Below, one piece after another: positions 26,776-37,715 of a DNA stretch of 64,000 nt (positions are counted from its first letter, which is position 1; each line of letters opens with the position of its first letter). Made by a program: the position numbers and the translations under genes. The DNA lies in contig JAGIQG010000011.1 in NCBI GenBank assembly GCA_024679065.1, positions 71,176,001 through 71,240,000 of the forward strand, written 5' to 3'. The notes under the pieces are model-generated. The model was given only the letters and a program-made list of their open reading frames with translations. It did no database searches and was not told where the DNA came from. Source of the DNA: Sphyrna mokarran. Taxonomy: Eukaryota.

Positions 26776-27308
26776 AAAGTAGCTTAACAGTTACTTAGTA
26801 GCTTAACAGTAACTAACAGATTAAAATAAATGAATTGAAAATGATCTTAACCAGCCACTTCCACTCTCGTGATACTCCCTGGTGTTTTTGCTTCTTTCTT
26901 ATGCTGTTATATACATTATAATTTTTCAAATTTCATCACGACTTCAGCTCGTGTTAAACAGGCTCCTCTAATTTGTGTCACTGTTCCCTTATTGTACAAC
27001 TGTTAAACTGATACTATTCAGCATATCATCAAAATTATCTGCCTCGCGGATAGTTATGTTTCCAACAAATATTTTAAAATGACGAACAAAAGATTAGGAG
27101 TTGAAGATTCATGGAGCCAAGGAGACTGCGAGAAGGGGTGAAACTGACAGATGGGACCAAATTCCTGTAATCCATTCCCAAGGTTTACAGGATTTCCTTT
27201 TTAATTGTGCAAACTGGTTCAGGTCATGTACATTCACTTTGTACTCGCAACCTGGCTGGCTCCATTGTGGACGAGGTGAAGCCAACACTGAGAAGGTCCA
27301 TTGACCTA

Positions 27309-27435
27309 GGGCAGGATTTTATGGCTTCGCTCATTCCAAACCCATAAAATCCCATCCAAGGCCAATAGACTTTCCCATCATTCATCCCTCACCCGCTCTG
27401 ATTCCCGTGGTGGGCGGGGTGGTAAAATTCCATCC
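27309..27435. mobile_element. PIF/Harbinger-type MITE with 3-bp TSD (CTA)
   Basis: cta|gggcaggatttta ... taaaattccatcc|cta. Confidence 0.7.
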
Positions 27436-27699
27436 CTAGTTCTCCACAATCACCATTCAGTCAGACCAGTGTTGCAAACCATTGTCTGTATGAATTAACC
27501 TTTTAGAAGATGAGGTTAAAAGATCCTCAGGCAAGCTATGTCCCCTGACCCACTCCCTCCCCTACCATGGTCTCTAATACACCTAGGGGCCAGGATTTGA
27601 TTGTCTTTTGCTTCAATCTATATTCAGAACCCGACTGTCCAAATTAAATGTGGATTGGACAAATCTTTGAGAGAGCAGCAGAGCGAAAGGTGCAAAGAA

Positions 27700-28360
27700 T
27701 GGATTAAGACTTGCTGAGTAATTAGGCAGTTTAAATTGAATAGTGAATAAAGTATTGACCACTTGTTAAAAAAGTGGACTTTATAAATATAAAATGAATG
27801 GGAACTGCCTGTCGGACAGTGCCAAGGGGATGAGGCCTATCGTGGGCAGGGCCTAATGTGATTGGTGGGGATGGGGGGTGGTTCTGCTGTCACTCTGCAC
27901 ACAGCATCAGCCTGGGATGGAGGGAAGGCAGCAATTCGCGTGCTCTGGGGATGTTGGATGGGGGAGACCTGTCTCTGGGGGACTGTGACTCAGCAGGAGG
28001 GGAATGTCTGCTATGGTGAGGGTGGGGTGATTGCCTGTGGGGGATGGGGGTAGGCTGTGTTTCAGGGCATTCCAGGATGGGGGTGATCAGGGCTTGCCTG
28101 GGAATTGATATGGGGGCTGTGATTGGGCATGGGTGAGGTTGGAAGGGTAGCACTGCGAGGGTGCCAAACTGGCCAGTGATTGAGCTGACTAGCAATCAGG
28201 GAGTCTGGTAGCTCGGGACCACTGTGAATGCACAAAGTTCATGACTGAGACCTCCACAGTGCACAGAGTGCAGAGATTCAGGTGAGAAGCTGAGCTGACA
28301 AAACATTCCAGATTTAGAATAGTTTTTCCATTAATTCAGCACTTTTGGGAGAATTATTCT
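27700..28360 (-). mobile_element. GC-rich non-autonomous element (same family as 45828, 57260, 63250)
   Basis: G-rich interior; end aattcagcacttttgggagaatt resembles the reverse complement of the 45828 terminus. Confidence 0.5.
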
Positions 28361-29604
28361 GGTGATGGCAATATGTTGCAATGAGCAAGGTGGCCAATGG
28401 TGCACCATCAGGAAAATGCAGACCAGCATTCTGCACCAGATGTACTTCAGTGTGATGGGTCTGTACCTAATTTAGAGAGAGGGCTTTCCCTCTTGTTAAT
28501 AAATGAATCTTCCACTGTTGGAGACAGGAATGCAAAAGTATGATCAGTTTAGATCTGAGGTGTTCAAAGCTGAAAGTGAGAATCCAGATCTAACAATGAA
28601 ACTGAATGTCATCACTCTTCGTCAAAGTTACAGTAATTGGTTGAAGTAAGAATTCTTGTAGATTACCTAAACACAAACATTGGCACCATCTAAATTGGTG
28701 CGAAATTTCAGGAGAAAGTTGAATGGATTTTGTGCACTTTAGCTGCATGTTTGGATTAGAATTATATCAGAGCAACATTTATTTCTGGCCTTCCATATTT
28801 GGGATGCTCTTATTTACCAGATGTTGTGGCAATACAATGTTAGTTTAATTTTTGGAATAGTAATTAACTTTGACATTTGAAATTGTAATAGTACTGTAAA
28901 ATCCAAGGTTTAAAATGGGAGGAATGCTATGATCATTTCCTGTGGCTTTTGTGAAATGGGCATTGATATAGATGCACCAGGTTCATGAATGAATGTTGGA
29001 ATGCATTTTGGAATACTGAGACTGCAGACTGAGTGTGCTTTATAATATCTATATTCCAGCCAGCATCGCAGAGGATCTGATGTGGGGAGCTAGGCCTTCA
29101 TCTGCATCCTTTTAACAGGGTGCAAATGAGGTTCATGCCAGACTCTGGCAGATTTTCCAACCTGCCATGCATGGCAGGCATGGGTGGAGGATCCCACTGT
29201 AAATTCCTGCTGGTGTGAAATGGAGTTCTGGGCCTCTGACCATATTCTCCACCCAGGCCTGCCAGCTGGAGGGTGGATGATGGGCTTGGGAGGATTCCAT
29301 CAAGGCTCTTTTTAGTGCCCTAATTTATTTTCCTGGGTTGTTTGTGACAGTATCCAGCTGATTAATCTTTAACCGCTGGAAATTCCAGAAGACCTAATTC
29401 TGTCCCATTCTCCCTGTTCATCAAAAATGCTGCTGGAGATAGGGTCAGACTGACATACAAGCTGCCATATTTAGCTGGATTTCGCTATCCTGAAAGTCTA
29501 AATGGAGGTAGAAGGGCAGAAAAATGACCATGGACTGGTGCAGGCAGAAATCCTGCCTCTCTTTCCACTGCTAGCATTTTGCCTGATGCCAATCCACTGA
29601 GCCC

Positions 29605-29787
29605 ATACATTTTTGGACACTAAGGGGCAATTTTTTTAGTGTGGTCATCTTTGGACTGTGGGAGGAAACCAAACCCCCCAAAATAAACCCACACAGGCAG
29701 GGGGAAAATATACAAACTCTGCACTGTCACCCAAGACCAGAATCGACTTCCTGGCTCTGAGGCAGCAATGCTAATCACGGTGCCAGC
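29605..29787 (-). mobile_element. 5' half of HE1-like SINE
   Basis: ggacactaaggggcaattt...catctttggactgtgggaggaaacc...gctaatcacggtgcc. Confidence 0.75.
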
Positions 29788-32579
29788 ATCAAACCAAAGC
29801 AAAGACAGAAATAGTTATTTTTGTCATAGTCAAAAAGAACATTCTGTTGATCATTGCACTACTCAAATATCAGAAACTAGCTTGCATTTTGACAGAAACC
29901 TAAGAAAAGAATGCAATTAAATAATCCTTCAGTTCACACAAAATTGAATTCACAGTTGTGTTTCTGACCCATATATATTAGCATAATACTAAAATTACTC
30001 TCAAGAGATAGGAATACACTACAAATATCTGATGTCATATAGTATCTGTACCCCAATAAAACATTTTACAGGACTATGAACACTTGCAAACTTGCAAGGA
30101 AAACTTTCAGTGGGACATCTTTTAAAATTTCTACATTGGATGGATGAATAATTGGAATTCTTCCACAACACAAGTAAAAACATGAACAACTAAACTGTAT
30201 TATCCTTTGTTTTTGAATGGTCACACAGATATTTCATTTTTTAAACTCTCAAATGTGAATGGAGTTCCAAAAGCAAGACGTAAAAGGTGTGCTTATTGAC
30301 TGAGAACCAAACCTTTGTCTAAGGTCCAGATCTGAACCTCACCTTTTCTCCATTTTTTCATTTCAAAGTTTTCTGCCATTTCTAACTACTTTTCTTTCAA
30401 AGCGAGGTACAATGTTTCTTATTTCTAAATGGAAGAAGCACTTCACCTTAATGCAACCAAACTAAATGTAGTCAAGACAAATGCAAGGAGATTCAGATAA
30501 TTCCTGAAGAAGCTTTGTATTTTGGAAGACATTACGATTACGAGAGTGATTGAGCACCAATTAGTCCTTTGCCTGATAAACAGAATAATTAATTTTGAAA
30601 TATTAAAGAATAACTTCACACTGCATAAACAGGGCCAATATCTGACTTTGCAAATTAAGTGAACAATTGTTTATCCAAGCTGAGGCTCATTTTCCTTCAT
30701 TCTATTTATTGATAATTTTTTATGTTCACACATTTATTGTAGAAATTTAGCTGCCATCCAGATCATTTTTTTACGGTATAGCATTGATGTGTCCAAAGGA
30801 TATTGGTCAGCATGAAAAATGGCATTCTTAAATTGTATGGGATCACCTCCAAGAGTCATATAAATCCTTTGAAGATTATATCAATGGCATTTTTTAAAAA
30901 TCTTGCAAATGAAATTCAATCCTGCCATTGGCACAAGATGGACAATAGCAGATCAGTTGCCCATCACACACCTTGTTCAATTTTCCTTTGCATCAAAATT
31001 ACTGGTGAAGACAATTGAATGTTGTGTCTAGCACACTGCAAGTGTTTTTTATCCTCACTACCATGCTGCACAACTAATTAATAGAATCCATTTCTCAGTG
31101 ACATTAAAAATGTATATGTATTTGTTCTAAGAACTGTTTTTGCACTTGTCAAGAAATTGAACACTTACCCGATTTAAATCTCATCAGTCTAAGTGTACTA
31201 CAATTAATTGTATAATGAAGCTTCTTCTATTCAACATTAACCATGTGCCGAATCCTTTAAAGAAGCACCCAATGCACTAGCATGACGTTTTTCCATTTCC
31301 AAGACTGAAAATCCTAAGACAAACAATACTATTTTGTGCTGTTAACAAGGTACATGAGGAACTGTATTAATATTGACCATGTTCATTTTATACAGAATTC
31401 ATACTAAGGGATCAAAGAGACCTGTTGTGCACCAGATTGGTTGCAAGTGAACGTCGGTCCCAGATGTGAAATGCCAGTGTTACACATGACATTAAAGCAA
31501 TCCCTCTGAAGGCTACCCAAAAAGAGAGAACGTGCACAGAAGGCAAGACCTAGTCTGAATCACAGCATGGGTTCACAGCTGTTCAGAACACCAGCTTAGT
31601 TTTGGGAATTAGATCAGTTTAGACTAGCACTGCCAGCATTGAGATCTTGGCACTTAACATCATGATCTATATGAGCAGTAGGTTCCTTATTCTGCTCTGC
31701 TTATTTACAATGATGCAGTGCCATTGTCTCTTAGTGAAACAGCAAAGATTGCAATTCCAAATGTGAAGTAGCATTGATTCGCCCATTAATTCTGAGCAAC
31801 AAGAGTTTTGCTCATATGAGTGCTAAGCAGAGTGCGTATTAGTTTGTCAAGTGTTTGAAAATAGCTAAGCTGACATAGACAGAGTGAAAAAAAATTGTAA
31901 CAACTTGGGCATGCACTGTATTCCATATCTACAAAGGATATTGGAAAAGGAGACATAGCTCACAGTTTCTGCATGACCAAGACACACATTCGATATTAAG
32001 GAACCCAGATTTATGAACCTATCTAATTCTACCAATAAGGAGTTAAATAATGGTCTTGTTTTTATCTACAATCAGCTCCAATCTGAAATTCACTGCCTGT
32101 TTGCAGCGACACCTTTTTGTCTTCACATGTGCTGACTCTATTGCTTTCATGCCTTGAGTAATTCACTATAGAAGCTACAGTGCAGCGACCAAGTTATAGT
32201 TTCTTATAATGTATTGAACCATGTGAAAAATGAAGATATGTAGCTCCCAAACCTTGTTGTCGATGTTAGCATTGAAACATTATTTTACTTTCTGCTCTAT
32301 AATCACATCTCACAAAAATACAGACTAGATACTTAATTATTTTTTGTTTCATTACACTGATAATATATTCAATGTTTATACATAATTTCAGTAGCAACTG
32401 TATAGTTTTGTTGAAGACTTGTCTGCCTGCAAGAAATCGAAATAAACAGATTGATGGCTGCATGTGAAACGTAATGCAGATAAAAATGGTGTTTTGTGCA
32501 GAATAAAAATATATTTTTTAACCCAATAAATGAAAGCAAGAACTGCCCTCCAAATGTCATCAAGTCTTAGAATGGCCAC

Positions 32580-33420
32580 TACACAAAGAAGCCATTCAAC
32601 CCATTTTGTCTGCTGAGCTACTCCCCTCTGTTCCTCAGCTGTCCTGCAATTTTTTTCAGAGAATGATCCAATTCGATTTTGAAAGCCATGCCTGGATCCA
32701 TCACACTCTCCAGTTGTCGTTCAAGATCTCAATCCTTTATTGCGTATAAAAGTTTTTTCCTTATGCTGTTTCTTGTTCTTTTACCAATCATCTTAGATTG
32801 GTGTCCTCTCGATACTTCTGCAAATTGGAACAACTTTCCCTATTTACTTTGTCCAGATCCCTCATGACATCACTGTCAAATCTTCTCTCAACCTTCTCTA
32901 CTCTGAGGAGAACAGCCCCAGCTTCACTTATCTATCCATATAACAGAAAATTCTCATTCCCTGAGCCATTTTCGTAAATTTTTTCTGCATCCTCTCTAAT
33001 ATCCTCACATCCTTCAGAAAATGTGGTGACAATATTCCAGTTGAGATCAAACCTGTGTTTTATAAATGCTCACCATAAGTTTCTTGCTTTTTCAAAAAAT
33101 GCTTCTTTTTATAAAACCTATAATACTTATTATCTCTTTCTCGACCTGCCCTGCCTACATAAATGATTTGTGTTCACATACCCTCAGGACTTTTTGTTCC
33201 TACACCCTTCGTTTTGTATTGTGTTCCTTCATTTTTCCTACCACAATGTAACACTTCATTTTCCTCTGCATTAAATTTTACCTACCACATGTCCATCAAT
33301 ACAATTCATTTTGTATTGTGTTCCTTCATTTTTCCTACCACAATGTAACACTTCATTTTCCTCTGCATTAAATTTTATCTGCCACATGTCCATCTATTGG
33401 CCATCCTACATGAGTCCTCT
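32580..33420 (-). mobile_element. Old CR1 3' fragment
   Basis: ccttctctactctgaggagaacagccccagctt...ttttctgcatcctctct aligns loosely with 26010-26110. Confidence 0.6.
33212..33394 (+). repeat. 86-bp tandem duplication with 11-nt spacer
   Basis: 33212-33297 and 33309-33394 differ at 2 positions. Confidence 0.95.
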
Positions 33421-33431
33421 CAAAGTCAATA

Positions 33432-34430
33432 GAGGGAATCTTACCAGAATTTGGCAAGGTAGTAGTTCTGGTGAGAAAGCTGGTATGAAACTCTCCAGCT
33501 CCACTGATCTGCTTTCTTTCCAGATCTTGACATAATTAACTGCCAAAAAACAAAAGTGGACTGGGTTTGTGCCATCGTCCCTAGCAGAGTGGGAAACTGG
33601 CTCCTCTGAGGTCAAAGGGCACCCAATCACAAATAAGAATAGATTTCACCTCAACCCAACATGAAGATATCTGGGATCTCCACCACCCCCCACTACCCTC
33701 CCCAACATACCCTGCCTCATCCCCCCCACACCAGCCACAAAGATATCTGTGGGCTTCTCAATGACCACATCCTCTCCAAACCCCCTCTCTCCACACCCTC
33801 CCCACCAATACCCCTAGAACATCCCCAGTATTCTTATGTCCATCCCCCACCCCCACCACCATCATCAGCATCCCCATATTCTCCCTCCACCCTAAATCAT
33901 CCCCAACATCTCTATCCCCTGCTCCTTCCTCCCTGCATACACCCCCCCACCCCCATTATCCCTGGCAACCCCATTCCTCCCATCCCCAATGAATCGTCCC
34001 TCAATGTTCATGCACCCTACTCCCACCACACAAATAGCAGAGTCCACACCCATGAAACTTTCCCTTTGGTCCAGCCCAGCATTGTTCCCTGGCACAGGCC
34101 GGCACTGCTAACCTGTGCCTGGCTTTGCCCAGGCACTGCCTGGCTATGTCGCTCTCTGCCGGGTCCCCTTTGTCCCCCTGGAGGGATTCCCTCGATACGT
34201 TTATATTTGACCAACCCTGTTGTAAAGCTCGCCATCATGACATTGCATCAGCAAGGTGTGTGGATAATAAAATGTCTGAAAATCAGGCTCACATGCCTGA
34301 TTATGTCACCATCAAAGGGATGGAGAAAATCAAATTCATCATCTCACTGGCAAGACTTGCATTTTTTGCCAGATTTTGTATTCCCGCCTGCGATTACATG
34401 CAAGTAGAGAGTGGGCTAATGATCCCACCC
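33432..34430 (+). mobile_element. Non-autonomous element with C-rich interior
   Basis: Start gggaatcttaccagaatttggcaag, end ttgccagattttg...atcccaccc, and a C-rich low-complexity core at 33680-34050. Confidence 0.45.
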
Positions 34431-34556
34431 TATCTCTACAACTTGTAATATTTCCAAGCAATAAAATAGAAAGCACTGAAATTACTCAGCAGGTCAGGCA
34501 GTATCCATGGAAAGAAAAATATTAAAGGTGCTGACATACCTTCAGAACTAGACAAA

Positions 34557-34865
34557 TGGGCAACATGATGACAGAGTGTTTAGTGCTGCAGCCTCAAATG
34601 CCAGGGACCCAGGTTCAATTTCAATCTAAGGTATAGAGTTTATACATTCTTCTCATGTCTGTGTGGGTTTTCTCTGGGTGCTCTTGTTTCCTTCCACAGT
34701 CCAAAGATATGCAGGTAAGGTGGATTGGCCACGCTAAATTGCCTCTTCGTGACCCAAGATTAGTGGATTAATGGGGTGGTGTTACAGGGGTGGGGCCTGG
34801 AAAGATGCTCCATCAGAGAGATAGTATAAACTCCTTCTGCACTGCTGGGGTTCTATGATTCTATT
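34557..34865 (+). mobile_element. HE1-like SINE
   Basis: gggacccaggttcaatt; acagtccaaagatatgcaggt; tail ttctatgattcta. Confidence 0.85.
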
Positions 34866-37637
34866 CAAAGCTGCGGTAATGCAATGGTGATGGATCTCAT
34901 TTTGTATTTCTGTCACTCCTGAAAACAAAAACAACAAAAAGAACAATTTCAGCAGATTTACAAAAACTAACACAGTGAGTTGGACAGAAAAAAAAAGCAT
35001 TGTGCTCATAACATTAGAGATGCAACCAGAAGAAATCTATAGATTTAGAATTTTCTAAAATCAAGGATAGCTTACGGCTGTTAAAATATTTGTATTGCAA
35101 GTTTTGTAAATTAGTGGTCATGTTACAGCTTGTAAAACGCTTTCAAGCATAATATTTTTGAGTTAAAGCATCTAATCTCATTGTTTCACAGTTGTTCCCC
35201 TGATCTTCCTGTACCTTAAGCGATTGAGTGAACAAGCATATCAATAAGTCCCAGATCACCAGCATTTACCAAGCCTGAATCAACAGTAAAGAGGCATGCT
35301 ATAGCAGCCCAGGGATGATATTCCTGCCAATTTTCTCACCAAATTTCCCTCCCTATTTGGAGAAGCTCACAGTCTGTTTTCCCTGCCTCCCAAGTTGCCA
35401 GCATGACTGAGATTGGGCAGAGATTCCAACCCCGACATTACTGAAGTGCGGTATTAGAAAACCTATTAGTCTATTGCACATCGCAATAGAAAGTGAGTTG
35501 TTAATAATGGCATTTTTTAATGTATTCAGATTTATTTTAGTGCACCAACCATATGTAACAAAAGTGACGGGAAATCAACATTTTCACTTTAAAGAATTCA
35601 CAACATATGTTGCTCACAACTTCCAAGATTTATGCACTAACATTAAAAATTTATGTCACTTAAGATCTTCATTTAACTCACTAATCAACACAGACCTACA
35701 TTCTAAAGTTGAGCTGTTAAATAATTAATGTTTTCCTGTGTAATTATATTTCAAAAGATTGGGTACGTCAGCAAATGGAATATATTAACTGCATGACCTC
35801 TGAACTCAAAAATAGTCACAGCACGTTCGTGTTGCAAAATGTGAAAGTGAAAACTAACAGCAGAAATCAAAACAAATTAAAAATACACCTGTTTTATAAA
35901 ATAAAATCTGATTATCATCTCTGCTCCTTCAATTTATCTTCATTAAATTATACTTTGATCTTAATTCAACTGCTTAATTACTTTGCTGCCTTCCCATTTT
36001 CACAGTTGGTGAAGAAAATATTTAGTCGCAAAACTGCTCAGTTCTCAGATCTAATGCAGATGCTTGCAACAGTTCCTTCGTTCTAATGCTGGCTGATATA
36101 ATTTGACACTTGTACTTGGGATCTTTTCACAGTCCCAGTTACTGTCCAATTCTCAGATCGACAGATGTCCTTGGAATACATCTTCAGTCCTTGGATATAA
36201 AGTATGCATTTGGGAGGCTTCTTGAATCCCTGTGCGCATTGAGACTTGTCTTCTTAGCTTATGTTTCCAAACAAAATCAGGTATAACAATGGGGCACAAG
36301 TGCAACATTTTAAAAAGCTGACAATTGGTGGTCAAAAATGATTATGTATATAGCTCTGCTGATGTATACTTAAAGGATCCGCTCCTCTGTACACCATGAT
36401 GGGAGTGATATTATTTGTCAGGCAAATTGTTCTGATTCATGCCATTAATATACTGGCAATGTAAAGTCACCAATTATTAGAATGACATTCAAGATTTTTT
36501 TTTGTAAAACACTTTCCAGCAAAACCTGTCTCCAAGTACTTGCAATAAATCAAGCGATTTCACATTAGTGATCTTTCTGTGCCCAACTGGAGACCCTCTG
36601 AACTCAAAATTCAGTATTATTCCTTCCTGTCTAAACATTTCCATCACATGACAGCCTCTAACCCGCAGCCTCAAGATGCAACAGCTCTGTGCAACACAGC
36701 ATTGTACTTCATATAGGCAAACAACTCTTCAAATCTCCACAGCCAGAATATTTATTTAGGAAACTGCAAATAAAGGGGATTTTCCCCCCCAAAAAACCCA
36801 TCTGCAATGTGAAATGTTCCTGAAAATGGAATACACCAGCTGAATGTGTCCATAACTCAAACAAGATTCTGCAAGTGCCCAAATTCATCAGTGAAAGGAT
36901 TTGAAATTCAAAATTCTATGATTCAGGACGTGCCAATATTCAGATGCTTAATTAGTGTCTTGATGCAGATGGTGTAAGCCATTGGCTGCCCTCCTTATGA
37001 GGTCGCTGATTCTCCAGTATACTCAAATTATTTTTTCCAGGAAATTTTGGCGTATCTTTGCAATGAGAACAGCATGATTTACAGTGTGTGTCGCAGATTA
37101 CACCGGTCCAGGAAATTCTGCGCCTGCAAAGTTAGTTGGTTATTGCAAGTAGTCGAGCATCAGAAACATAAACACCCCTCCTAACAATGGCACTGTAAAT
37201 ACTAAAATAGTTCAAGAAATGCATTCACCACATCCCTTCACAGGGAAACTAATAATGGGCAATAAATGTAATACTGCCAATGCCAGATTTTTGGCATGAG
37301 TAAACCAAAAATAAATAATTCTCAAGCTTGCATTTTGAAAGTTATATATATTCAAATACATTTTGAGTTTATACTTATGCTACCTAGTATTGATTCTGCT
37401 TTTTATAAACTCAAAGACTTTGGTCAGGTAAAATTAACATTATGAGACTGATCTGGTGAAAACAGACTATGAGATATGCGTTTACAGATGACTGAACTGA
37501 AAGAAATGTATATGTGGTGTCAGCCAGCAAGTTTGGGCAGACATAATTGCTCTAATAAGGCCGTAAGTTCAAGGAGCATATAGAGGAAAATATTGTAAAA
37601 TTTTAATTTAATCACAGATTAATGCTTGTTTTGTCAG

Positions 37638-37715
37638 GTTTGGATGCTGATGGCATTTACAGAGTAAGCGGCAATCTGGCTACAATACAGAAATTACGAT
37701 TTGTAGTGGACCATG
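37638..37715 (+). CDS. ARHGAP15: Internal 78-nt coding exon (phase 1-1) of a RhoGAP, ARHGAP9/12/15/27 family, arginine-finger segment
   Basis: Acceptor cttgttttgtcag, then GT TTG GAT GCT GAT GGC ATT TAC AGA GTA AGC GGC AAT CTG GCT ACA ATA CAG AAA TTA CGA TTT GTA GTG GAC CAT G, then donor gtgagt. Translation is (G)LDADGIYRVSGNLATIQKLRFVVDH. The exon call is firm. The paralogue assignment rests on YRVSGNLATIQKLRF and very long introns; ARHGAP27 or ARHGAP12 is not excluded. Confidence 0.85.

Noticed and set aside
26242-26798. 181-aa and 162-aa + strand ORFs
   Set aside because: Antisense shadows of the CR1 RT frame.
33661-34407. 248-aa Pro/His-rich ORF
   Set aside because: Arises from the C-rich low-complexity interior of a repeat; no recognisable domain or splice context.
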